DNA of 32,763 nt from Asterionella formosa (Eukaryota), in contig NKIB01000422.1 in the NCBI GenBank assembly GCA_002256025.1, positions 1-32,763 on the forward strand, given 5' to 3'. The notes below the pieces were generated by a model. The model saw only the letters and a list, made by a program, of their open reading frames with translations. It had not been told where the DNA came from and made no database searches. A program made the translations under genes and the position numbers. Positions 1 through 10,852 of the stretch are shown one piece after another; the stretch's first letter is position 1, and each line of letters opens with the position of its first letter.

Positions 1-414
1 TAAAGGCTCATCCTCCAATCAAGGAATTTCAAGTTCAGAATATTGTGGATACCAGTTTGCTGCATCATATGCAGCTCGAGCTACTATTTATAGTACATTG
101 TGTATTTTCACCAGGAACATGGGTTTTACAACATGATTTGATTATAGATATGTAATTGATATTGGGATATCAATGTCGATAAGTGATAATTGACAAATGA
201 CTACGTCGTGATACTTTCCGTCGTCGTTCTTGCGATTACAAGGTTGTTGATGAGGTTTTAATCCTATCGGATAATCCTACTACCTTGGATAACCATGGAC
301 GAGGTCCTTATTCTATTTATTCAAGTATATGCCAATGGTCCAGTTACTTTTCAACAAACTATGCATACTACGGACTGAATTAATATCCATTACATCAAAC
401 CTTTTCAAAGGTAA
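1..414 (+). mobile_element. Degenerate Ty3/Gypsy pol 3' end (integrase C-terminus), truncated by the window start
   Basis: Frame-hopping translation gives ...SYAARATIYSTL / SPGTWVLQHDLIID / RRRSCDYKVVDEVLILSDNPTTLDNHGRGPYSI / IQVYANGPVTFQQTMHTTD*INIHYIKPFQR* (stop 412-414). This resembles the GPY/F module and the 'NGTV...INIRRIKPF' end of Gypsy integrases. It carries frameshifts and stops. Confidence 0.75.
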
Positions 415-439
415 AAGGTTTTCCCTTGGTGTGGGAGAG

Positions 440-636
440 TGAGCGATCTTGCGCATCAATACAGATGTATATAGGGTTAGTGTTATATCATGTATGTATA
501 AGAACTCAATAATGAGAGAACTCGACTAACCCTCATTGTATACTTTGGTGTCGACTTGGAGAACGAGTTACACACAAGGATTAACAAATAAGCTCATATA
601 TTCAACAAATACTACTACTTCTAGTTAGATACTTCA
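440..636 (+). mobile_element. Putative 3' LTR of the Gypsy element, preceded by a polypurine tract
   Basis: The purine run GGGAGAG (433-439) lies just after the pol stop and is directly followed by TGAG at 440. The candidate end TTCA (633-636) gives TGA...TCA inverted termini. The right boundary is inferred. Confidence 0.55.
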
Positions 637-1278
637 CCAGGTACCCCTGATTTTGAGTGCCAGGTGGTACCAGGTACCGGGTACACCATAAATGCCGGTA
701 TGTACATACAGTTTTGCTCACGTATAACATATGTTCTCGGAGTACGGTACTATACTACCAGTATGTACCTGTACCACGCACGTAATTCTCCGCCACCACC
801 AGTCAATCCTCGCTCATCCTCAGAGAACAACAATCAGATCAAGCATCAATCATGGATGAGGAAGGCAGAACAATATGTAGATAGAGGTACCAGGTACCAG
901 GTAGCTACATTTGCACATGTATGATTGTTCCGCCTCCCCCACCCCATTTGACTCCAGCTACCTGGGACCAGGTACCTGTAAGTACTCCAACGGAGGAATA
1001 CACACTCGTTACCTAGTACCATGGTACCAGGTACCAGTATTGCCGGTATATTAGGCAGCCAATACCGATATTATACCTGTTGTAAGTACAGTACCACCTG
1101 GTACCTACATTTGGCGTAACAGCAACTGGTACCAGGTCAGGTAAAAGGGACTGGTACCCGTACTACGCGTTGCTGCACTATGATAGCTACTGGTATACTG
1201 TCCGTATTAATTTCGACTATCAGAAAGGAATGCGATATAATTGAATGCATCTGCAATTCTTTGAATTTTGTGACGACG

Positions 1279-1991
1279 ATGAAGGGTTTGTTTCTTGCAC
1301 TGCTCTCGCTATCAACATGGGCAAACGCCTTCACGGTGCATCCCAGTAAAGCATCAATACATAGGTACGTTGATAGCTGGCGAAGCGATTGATGGAATGA
1401 ATGATTCAGACATTAGACTAATGCTCATTTTCTCTGCCCAGGGCATCATCGCCTAGTCGCTCGCGAACATACGGTCGTACCGACAATGACATGGTTGATT
1501 TCATGGAAGACCCTTCCGGAAATACGGTCGGCGACAACCCTGACCTTGTGGATGATTTCAAGTTGGTGGAAGTGATTGCTAGGGCTGCTGATTTACGCAA
1601 GGCTGATGATATTGTTGCAATGGAAGTGGCCAAGATTAGTACCATGTGTTCGTACCTTGTCATCTGTTCCGGCAACTCGAGACCGCAGAACCAAGCCATT
1701 ATTGCCGCCATTGTTTCTGAAGTGGCCGATGCTTATGGAGAACCAAAGATAAACCCGGAAGGCACCTCGGACAGTGGATGGATGATCTTGGATTACGGAT
1801 CCGTGATGGTTCATGTCATGACGCCTAAATCTAGGTTGTATTACAATGTCGAAGGGCAGTGGAAGAAGAAGGGAGGTGTGGAACAAGATTTAAGTCATGT
1901 CTTGCTTCCGAATGCACCATTGGGGTCTAATAGTGATGGCGATAGTGCTATGACAGGGTTGAGTGCAGAGGATGATCCATTCTGGAGTTAG
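1279..1991 (+). CDS. rsfS: Plastid-targeted ribosome silencing factor Iojap/RsfS; exons 1279-1364 and 1442-1991 (211 aa)
   Basis: RsfS motifs KADDIVAMEV, YLVICSGNSRPQNQAI and GWMILDYGSVMVHVMTPKSRLYYNVEGQW are present. Exon 1 encodes the signal peptide MKGLFLALLSLSTWANA-F (ASAFAP-like). Intron 1365-1441 (GTACGT...CAG, 77 nt) joins in frame to the 1491 ORF. Confidence 0.9.
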
Positions 1992-2913
1992 GTGTCTGTA
2001 AAATTCATTGTATAGAGATTTCTGCTTGAAGGTGATGTACTTCACAAAAGTTGGCACTATTACGTAACTGCGTAACACCGACCATGTAGTCGAGTCACCA
2101 TATGTTCCGGTCATGATTGATGAATGGTGCTGTCATTATGGTTCTTGCCTTGTTTGAAAGAACATGGTTCAACAAACATGCCGTTGTAGAGGTCGATATA
2201 TTGCTTATCCTATTTACCAGTATTATTGTACTGGTAGTCTATGTTTACAGTTATCAAAAATACAGGATTATTCTTGTCAATTAGTCAACCTCTGATGTTT
2301 TCTTAAGGGTAATCTGCAATGTTACTATGATTAGGTAGCTCATGGTTGTCAAATCTAGTCTAGCACTGGTACTAGGCGAAGCGACGAAAAGCATTATTAT
2401 GCAAGCATTTATGATCATAGCGGTAGCTACACATACTAAACCTGGTGCCACGATCATATTACCAGGGTACCTGGTACCGGTATTCACCCCTGAAGAGAGA
2501 AAAATGAGGAGATCATCAGCATGGTTTGTTTTCAAATGATTTTAAGGACAGGCTCAAAAACCACTGGTGACACCTTCGAATACAAAACGAAGGACCTGGT
2601 ACTGGTATATGACAGGTATCATATTCTTTCAATGTAGTTGACCTACTAATGATAGAATAAACGGTACAGTACATGATAATTATATTTATTGGTCACTACG
2701 TCTGATGATTGTATGACATTTGTGTCATTTTCGTTTAGCTATCCAGTCATGAGCTTACTTGACTCACTTGACCAAACTCTTACTCCTTTACTAAAAATTG
2801 TCTGGTATACATCGCACCGTAGTAATCTCGTAACCGAGCATTCCTTAGTAGATGCAAACGCCATCTTTCGCTTGTTGACCAGACCGAAACAAAAAACAAA
2901 CGAACGAGCAACC

Positions 2914-3691
2914 ATGGCCGACGTCGAAGAACCAATCGCTGCTGAAGAGCTAGTTGAAGAAGAAGCCGTTGAGGAAGAAGGCGAAGAAGAAGCTCCTCTC
3001 GTTGAAGACGACTTCGTTGTTGTCGGCGGAGCTGGTGAAATCAAACTTTTTGCAAAATGGTCCTTCGATGATATTGAAATCCGTGACATCTCCCTCGTTG
3101 TGAGTAGTATTTCATGGAGCTGAGTGTAGTGTATGGCACGGAAACGTTTGGCTTACACTTACCGTTTTGTTTGCTCTTCAACAGGACTACATTGCTTGCA
3201 AGGGAGACCATGCCACTTACCTTCCACACACCGCCGGACGTTACCAAAAGAAACGCTTCCGCAAGGCATCTTGCCCCATTGTCGAGCGTCTCGCCTGTTG
3301 CCTCATGAAGAAGGGACGCAACACTGGTAAGAAGCTCATGGCTTGCCGCATCATTCAACACACACTTGAGATTGTCCACCTCTTGACGGACCAAAACCCT
3401 GTCCAGGTTGTCGTTGACGCCATTATCAACTCTGGCCCTCGTGAAGATTCTACTCGTGTTGGTGGAGCCGGTGTTGTCCGTCGTCAAGCAGTGGATATGT
3501 CGCCATTTCGCCGTGTCAATTATGCTCTCTACTTGCTTGCAACAGGGGCTCGTGAAGCATCGTTCCGTAACTTGAAGACCATGGCTGAGTGTTTGGCTGA
3601 TGAACTTATTAACGCCGCCCGCGGGTCTTCCAACTCTTATGCCATCAAGAAGAAGGATGAGATTGAACGTGTCTCAAAGAGTAACCGTTAA
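2914..3691 (+). CDS. RPS5: 40S ribosomal protein S5 (uS7); exons 2914-3099 and 3185-3691 (230 aa)
   Basis: [25 protein letters not shown]..., [23 protein letters not shown] and [31 protein letters not shown] match the family. Phase-0 intron 3100-3184 (GTGAGT...CAG). Confidence 0.97.
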
Positions 3692-4199
3692 TCAAGGAGT
3701 CTGCTTAAAAACTACAGAGAAAAAATATTACGATAACAAGTCATCAACTATCATTACATCAGCGCCAACTCTCTTTCGCCTGTGTTCATTGTTCAAAACT
3801 ACAGTAGACCATTTAAATCTTGGCCAGGAATCATTTCATCACATCCCAATGATAGTACAATGGCATATTATTGTTGTCCTTCAACGGGCGATTAGTCATG
3901 GACATGAGTTGGAAAGAAATGCATAGTATGAATCGAGAGTGCAACACATGAAGTCAAACTTTTTTGTGAAGGCGAAATTGTCATACAAGGTTGTGGTCCT
4001 TTCAACTTCTAGCAGGGTTTGAGTAGATTTAAAATATTTCTACCCTGAAATGCACACCACGCCCCCTACCTGCCTAAGCACTAATATAATTGTAAATGGT
4101 GCTTTCACCCTCCATACTGTCCATTTGCTGTTTAGGCATAGTACAGGTACATGGCAACTCTATAACTAATACTGGTAAATAAATTAAACGTACTGGTAC

Positions 4200-5100
4200 A
4201 TGTTATAGAGTCTCAACTATTGCTACTGTGGAGAGTGAACTAGCTCAACTTGATTCAAGGGATGACAGGGGAGGGTGCAACCAATGGGCCACTGAGTGAT
4301 GCGTCAAGCCTTGATGGCAATGATCATGGCAAATCTGGGCGATTAGTCGGGTTTCACTGGTATGGTAGAGATGGTTGGCCACGCTTCCTCAACAGATGAG
4401 GGGGCAGTGAGAGAGGGGGATGCCAGACAAGTGGCCATTTTCATCATAGTGAATTGAGTCATGGGAAGAGAGAGCAAGCTGTTGCGATGTCAGATGGTCC
4501 TAGGAGGGTGTGTACCCGAGGATGTGGAGGCCAGCAGGAGGGGGAGACAGTGGGAACAACACAATTGGCAGGAATTGTTGAGATCATATGATTCGGAGTG
4601 GGAACTAAGCCAAGCAAGGAAGAAGGAATTCCTTCGGTATTGAGAGAATAGGAAAGGATCAGAGGGGAGGCGACAATAAAAGATGAAAGAGTGAGATTAA
4701 GATAAGTGGACCAGAGCTGCCTGCAAGCAACATGGTTTAGCAGTGTTGTGGGCGGGGGTTGAGGTTTGATAGTGAAGAGGGACCAGAGATGAGCAAGGAC
4801 TCTACACCACTATGTTCAGCTGAGGACAAAACTGGGGCATAATTTTTGTCCAGAAGAGTATGAATTCGATGTATCTCCCAGAGATCAGGATCCATGGCTT
4901 TCCCTGAACTGTCTACTACTTTTGCAGATAGGGCTGGAACTTGAAGATACTACTAGGACAGAGGCAACCTCAGTTGAATTTTCGAAGATTGGCAAGGGTG
5001 AGAGAATGGGTACTAGCAGCTAGTTATAGTGATGGCTTCTGGAATGACGAGACTTTTTTCTTTGGTGTAATTTAAGGGTAGGTGCTACAGGTCATTGAGC
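4200..5100. mobile_element. Possible decayed transposable-element or pseudogene fragment (family not recognised)
   Basis: The + strand is strongly G/purine-skewed with few CpG. Stop-interrupted reading frames occur on the minus strand and no domain was recognised. Boundaries are approximate. Confidence 0.25.
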
Positions 5101-6367
5101 ATGAGAGTGGTGGAGGCTTCAGTTATGAAGTACCAGGTTGTGGCAAGTTATGTTGGCTCAATCAAAGTTAAAATTAGAAAATATGGCTCCTATCTCTTCT
5201 TCTCTTTCTGGTCGGTATTCATTTACAACAGGAAACCAGTGACATTGACAGGTGTGTCTCCAAGGGAGCAACAATGCATGGGCATTATTGATCCATTTGC
5301 AAAACAAAACAAGGGTACTCTGAATATGGTAATGGCATCCTTCCGGCACCTGGTACCTGGTATCTGCAAGACCCAATGAATAATTGAATGATTAAAACAT
5401 TATTGGTAGTAATATTTACCACCTAAACGTTTCAATGAAATTTCTGGAACAGCCCCCCGCCCCCCCCCCAACTTTCATTCTGTGTGATCTACCGCTACAT
5501 CATACTACCAGTACAGATGAATAATAATGACATACAGGGTGCATACCGGTATGTGATTTTGCTTATGTACTGGTACTTCAGCATATCATACAAACATAAC
5601 GATACATGGGATTTTATTTGCAGCAATTTTAACGGCGATATGATAGCGATATCTTAACCACTCGATAACGGTCTTATATTCTAAGAACGCATCCTGTTGC
5701 TCTGGTACAAGGTACTTGGTACAGAGTCATGCTATACATAGTACATAGCCCATACACATAGGCTACCATCAACAAATAATATGAGGGACATACCGATAGA
5801 CTACCGGGTACATGTATATTGTAGCCTACCGGTAGGACGTTGCGACGGGCTTGCCTACCAGGTACAGTATCCTGTTACCGGTACTCGAACCCTGTAGGAC
5901 CTGGTACCAGGTAAACTATGTACCTGGTTCTTCGTTTGTTTGTCACTTGGTCTGTTGTCTCTATAATGTATGTATGACAGTTCAAGGTACGTTGAGTACC
6001 AGGGGCCAGGGGGTATCCTGGTATTGTATAAGAATGTATGAACAGGAATATGTAAGTCAACTCAACGCTAAAAGAGAGATACTCTTAACAATTGTATGAC
6101 TGCCATCACTGTCAGGCAAGCGTGATTAGATTTGATATGTTCGTCCACGTATATGAACAGTCATCATGCTGGATATCCGGTCATCGCCAGAAATTGGTAA
6201 TTACTCACATTTTGGAGAAAAGACATATACACTCATATTATAGCTATTATCTGTTTTGTGTAGAAGTGTTTCGAGCCTCGTCGCACTCAGAAGCATCAAA
6301 CGCTCGCTACAACATCATAACCAAATTTTGTTCTTTACCTTCGAGCCAATAAAGTAGGGGGAGCTTG

Positions 6368-8185
6368 ATGGGAAAGAAGGTGACGATGGCAAGGGTGTGG
6401 TTAACTTTCGTCGTTGTGTTGGCACTATCCGTCAATTTGGTCGATGCCATGCTTCGAAAGCGAATCGTAGACGGAGATGAGCTGAAGCAAAGTAATCCAA
6501 AGGTTGTCATTCCAAAGAAAGAAGACAATTATCAGCGTCAGAATTTACATGACCGACAACATACAAGTGAAGGCAAAGTTCATGACCAGATAGCGGAAGA
6601 GAACAGCTATTTCAACAGGCTTCTTCTCGAGTTCAATAGCATGAGCATGGTAGCAACAGCCCCTCCTACATCGGCGACAGCAGCTCCCGTCTCAGCTCCA
6701 CCATCCCGAAACCCAACAGGGTCCCCATCGACAGTAGCTCCGACGTCGCTTCCAACAACCCAAACACCGACTGAGTTACCAAAAACAGTGCCTCCCACAT
6801 CCCCTCCAATGACAAAAACTCCCACACTATCTCCAACACTATCTCCCACACTATCTCCCACAACCGTAGTTCCAACATCGTCTCCAACGACCAAAACCCC
6901 GACTGGGTTTCCAGTGACAAAAGCTCCAATTATTGTTTCCACAACTTCTCCCTCCTCGAGACCATCCACTTCGGCAGAGCCCTCTGAGTCATCGTCGCCA
7001 ACTGCGACTGAGAAGCCAACGTCATCTGCCGCACCGACTCAGACTGTTTCACCATCAGCAAGGCCAACTTTATCTTTGCAGCCGACAACTACAACAGTTC
7101 CAACGTCATCGCCTGCCCCAACAACCACAACATTTCCAAGTGTCAGTCCTTCAACGAGCCATCAGCCATCAACTTCATTTCCGTCATTTTCTCCATCGTT
7201 GAAGCCCTCTAGAAGTCCATCTATGACTCAAACCCCATCCCTGGCACCAAGTTCTTTCCCATCGACGGCTCCAACGCAAAGCTGTAACTTGGACGAGGAG
7301 GAGAGGTCACGCTTGATCAGAATATTTTTGAATGCTGTTTCAGGCTCCGAAGTGGATGCCCCTGGAACACCACAATATTTGGCTGCTGAGTGGATTGTAA
7401 ATCAGGATCCATCCAGGTTGTGTCCTCAAGATCCCAGGTTGATTCAGCGATATACCGTTGCTTTATTCTACTATTCAGCTGACGGTGGTGGCTGGGCCCA
7501 ATGCAGTGCTCCTGCAAACTTTACTGATCCAGTTGCCATTGCATATGCAAACGCCAACTGCAATGTGTCCATCAATTTCTTAGACGTTGCACCAGCAAAC
7601 GCTTGGTTGACTTCCTCCTCCGAGTGCAGTTGGGGTGGCCTCGCCTGCGATGCAAACGAGAAACTCGAGAGAATCGAGTTTGAACGGAACAATGTTGGAG
7701 GCAGGCTGCCTTCGGAGCTTGATCGGTTGAAGCAGCTCCGTTTCTTGATCCTAGAAGAGGGGGTCCTAAGCGGAACAATTCCCTCATCAATTGGAAATAT
7801 TCATACGTTGGAAGTAATCGATTTGAACTACAATGTCTTGAGTGGATCACTCCCAGAAAGCCTATTTAGATTGACAAACCTGCAACAACTTGATATCAAC
7901 GACAATGAACTTACAGGCACGATCAGCTCATCCATTGAACGGATGATGCCACTCAGGCTCATCCAAATCGAAAACAACAAAATGACGGGTACCATTCCAT
8001 CGACCATGGGAAATCTCAAGCTCTTGGAAATAGCCACAATGAACAACAACCAATTGAGCGGGGCGATGCCTAACACTGTTTGCCAACTACCAGTTCTTGC
8101 AGTTTTGACGACAGATTGTCTTGGGGCGCCGGGACGATCGTCTCCTCCATACGTGGAATGCCCATGCTGCACACAATGCTTCTAG
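6368..8185 (+). CDS. Secreted leucine-rich-repeat protein with a long Pro/Thr/Ser-rich (mucin-like) stalk
   Basis: Signal peptide (VWLTFVVVLALSVNLVDA), about 200 aa of PT/PS repeats, and an LRR N-cap (PQYLAAEWI...QRYTVALFY...ECSWGGLAC). These are followed by plant-type LRRs (LxxNxLSGxIPxxI) and the C-terminal TDC...CPCCTQCF. First ATG is at 6368, with an alternative at 6386. No intron is needed. Confidence 0.88.
   Translation: MGKKVTMARVWLTFVVVLALSVNLVDAMLRKRIVDGDELKQSNPKVVIPKKEDNYQRQNLHDRQHTSEGKVHDQIAEENSYFNRLLLEFNSMSMVATAPPTSATAAPVSAPPSRNPTGSPSTVAPTSLPTTQTPTELPKTVPPTSPPMTKTPTLSPTLSPTLSPTTVVPTSSPTTKTPTGFPVTKAPIIVSTTSPSSRPSTSAEPSESSSPTATEKPTSSAAPTQTVSPSARPTLSLQPTTTTVPTSSPAPTTTTFPSVSPSTSHQPSTSFPSFSPSLKPSRSPSMTQTPSLAPSSFPSTAPTQSCNLDEEERSRLIRIFLNAVSGSEVDAPGTPQYLAAEWIVNQDPSRLCPQDPRLIQRYTVALFYYSADGGGWAQCSAPANFTDPVAIAYANANCNVSINFLDVAPANAWLTSSSECSWGGLACDANEKLERIEFERNNVGGRLPSELDRLKQLRFLILEEGVLSGTIPSSIGNIHTLEVIDLNYNVLSGSLPESLFRLTNLQQLDINDNELTGTISSSIERMMPLRLIQIENNKMTGTIPSTMGNLKLLEIATMNNNQLSGAMPNTVCQLPVLAVLTTDCLGAPGRSSPPYVECPCCTQCF
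6819..6862 (+). repeat. 12-bp coding tandem repeat (CTCCCACACTAT x about 3.5) encoding PTLS repeats
   Basis: Directly visible: ctcccacactat ctccaacactat ctcccacactat ctcccaca. Confidence 0.85.
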
Positions 8186-8729
8186 CTTACTTATAATTCA
8201 TATTCTCAATCGTACACCTTCATGATTTTCATAATTCTGATATAAGAAAGACTCATGTTCTCAACTACTGCTATTCATAGAATTCAGTGGTTAGTATGTA
8301 CAGTTACTCTCGCTTTCCTGTAGACCGTGAAGCAACGGAGTGATTCAGAGTACCAAATACTGTGCTCGACAAGCCAGACTTGGGATAAGTATTGCGCATA
8401 ACAGAAAGCATAAATGAGGACATAAATCACGTGATCATCAGTCAAACGATCGTTGTGAGAACTGTTCTGGAGCCAACAATCTGAGAGGATAAAAAAGTTG
8501 TGAAAAATCCAATCTATCCAGTACTTCAGGGGCACTTCGACATGAACAATGACAGGGCTCCGACGACTATCTTATGACTCTGTTTTAATAAATAAATCCA
8601 ACTGAAGTTACATCTTTGTTTGAGTTTTATGATTGTCGAAGGCAATTTTGTATTCTCGGTAAACCAGGACTTCGTAAAGTGTACTCCGTACGTTCCGCTA
8701 CACACCGGTTGGTAATAATTAATTACCTT

Positions 8730-8789
8730 GCAAGTTGCGGAAATTTAGCAATGTTTTCCCTTAAGTAAAAACCGTCTTTTACCGCAACT
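8730..8789. mobile_element. Tiny TIR element, degenerate copy 1 (GCAAGTTGCGG...ACCGCAACT)
   Basis: It shares termini with the copies at 27954-28040 and 28289-28349. Its internal ATTTAGC is the reverse complement of their GCTAAAT. Confidence 0.5.
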
Positions 8790-8995
8790 CCCCCTCGGAC
8801 GACCAGGTACCAGTACATGTATTTACGTACAGAATATTGAGACTGGTAACAGTAAAGTATATAGAGACTACCGGTAAATGTCGGTTTGCTGGCGCTTGTG
8901 CATCATGTGAAGGGAAAAATGATGTAGAGCAGCAGCGAGCGACGAAACCGGGAGTTTTCCTGTTTTACAGTCATACTGTCAAGCATTGTCACTTT

Positions 8996-9034
8996 TGCTG
9001 TTGTTGTTGTTGCTGCTGCTGCTGCTGCTGTTGT
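8996..9034 (+). repeat. Compound (TGT/TGC)n microsatellite just upstream of the AP-2 mu start
   Basis: Directly visible run tgctgttgttgttgttgctgctgctgctgctgctgttgt. Confidence 0.9.
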
Positions 9035-9076
9035 TTCTTTTCTTGTTGCTATCAAAGCACATCGCCCACCTTGACC

Positions 9077-10440
9077 ATGATTTCGATGATAATGGTCCTC
9101 AATCAAAAGGGAGATGTAATGATCTCCCGTCAGTATCGAGACGATGTGAGCCGAGCCGCTGCTGATTCCTTTCGTCTGCAGGTGAGTTTCCGGTCATCGT
9201 GAAAGATGGGAGTCGGCGGTGAATCCTAGTCAATGGTGTTGACCTAACTCTTTCGCCCTTTCAGGTCATTGCGGCAAAGGAAACTGGAACTCAAGCCCCT
9301 GTCAAGCGCATTGAAAACTGCTCGTTCCTGTACACACGGCATTTGAACATGTACTTCGTCGCCTTGACTCGATCCAACGTCAACCCTGCCTTGGTCTTCG
9401 AGTATTTGTTTCAGAAGATTCGCATCTTGAAGGCATACCTTGGCGATGAATTCGACGAAAACTCCATGAGAAACAACATGACCCTAATTTACGAATTGAT
9501 GGACGAGACCATGGACTTTGGGTATCCTCAGAACTGCGCTGTTGACGTACTCCGCCTCTACATTAATCTAGGCCAGACACGCCCTCAAGATGAACAGGAA
9601 CCTAGCCAGTTGACTAGTCAGATTACCGGAGCTATCGATTGGAGACGCGAGGGCATTAAGCACAAGAGAAATGAGGTGTACATTGATGTCTTGGAGTCCG
9701 TCAACCTATTGCTGTCGAGCACCGGAACTGTTCTTCGAAACGAAGTCACCGGACAAGTTCAGATGAATACCAAGTTGACAGGTATGCCCGAGTGCAAGTT
9801 TGGACTGAATGACAAGCTCGTGATTGAGCGAGAGGAGACTGGTGCACGTAAGTCTGGCGTAGAGATTGATGACTGCACTTTTCATCGTTGTGTCCGCCTC
9901 GGAAAGTTTGACGCCGACAGAACCATTACATTCATTCCCCCAGATGGCGAATTCGAGTTGATGCGATACCGTGTGACAGATAACATCAATCTACCCTTCC
10001 GGATTATTCCTGCTGTACAAGAAGAGCACGGTCATACACGAGTCTCTATTAATCTGAAAGTTATTGCTAACTTTTCGGACCAACTTTTCGCCACTCACGT
10101 TGTCATCAAGATTCCCGTTCCTAAAAACACTGCCAAGGCCAAGATCAAGGCATTGTTTGGCCGTGCTAAATACGAGCCCGAACAACAAGCAATTATTTGG
10201 CGTGTCAAGCGATTCCCTGGAAAAGCTGAATGTATCATTAACGCTGAAGTTGATTTGATGCCAACGGTACGACCAAAGGCATGGAGCCGTCCACCTATCA
10301 ATGTCGAATTTCAGGTACCGATGTTTACTGCCAGCGGAGTTCATGTTCGCTTCTTGCGTGTTTATGATAAGTCTGGCTACCACACACAACGTTGGGTCCG
10401 ATACATTACCAAAGCAGGTTCATATCAAATTCGTATCTAG
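9077..10440 (+). CDS. AP2M1: Clathrin adaptor AP-2 complex mu subunit; exons 9077-9181 and 9265-10440 (426 aa)
   Basis: MISMIMVLNQKGDVMISRQYRDDV (mu2-type N-terminus), IYELMDETMDFGYPQN, GMPECKFGLNDK, FHRCVRL, FIPPDGEFELMRYR and WVRYITKAGSY are present. Phase-0 intron 9182-9264 (GTGAGT...CTAAC...CAG). Confidence 0.93.
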
Positions 10441-10852
10441 AATCGCCGTTTGTTGGAGGGGACTGCTGAACCAGTTCCGTGATGTAAGAAAACTCATGAA
10501 ATATTCTTTGGTGTGTGGCATGTGATTCAACGTTTTTGACGAGACATGATGCAGTATGTCAATTCGATGACTTTATGTTTCGATTGTTTATTATATAGGA
10601 TATACCATTCCACTGCAACCTGTCACAACCGTTATTTTCTACTAAAAATCATGAACTTTCCACTGCTGTCTCCAATGATATGAAGTTGACATCATTGACA
10701 TAACTTGAGTTGGTTTAATGGATACTCTAGTACCGTTTGCATTGAACTAGCTGTAAGTCTTTCCAATCCAACCCTTAAAGACGAATATCGCCTCTCCCAA
10801 AAATTGATTTGCCTAGTGCCCTCTTCGCAATCACGAAGCACTGCGCTAGTAT

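Noticed and set aside
664..1334. Short intergenic ORFs rich in VPG/TRYQV/YLVP peptides (also 2281-2539, 5095-6099, 31056-31419) and antisense ORFs within genes
   Set aside because: These are translations of the GGTACC-family motif or shadow frames of real genes, with no independent coding evidence.
5068..5080. TAATTTAAGGGTA, also at the window end (about 32748-32760), as a PIF/Harbinger-like terminus
   Set aside because: It is only a 13-bp AT-rich match with no partner inverted end found, and the second copy is cut off by the window edge.
5453..5468. Poly-C tract as a functional G-quadruplex
   Set aside because: It is a near-homopolymer with no supporting context, and its length is prone to sequencing error.
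8837..9076. Poly-Cys N-terminal extension on the AP-2 mu first-exon ORF
   Set aside because: It is just translation of the (TGT/TGC)n microsatellite from a non-ATG start. The conserved protein begins at ATG 9077.
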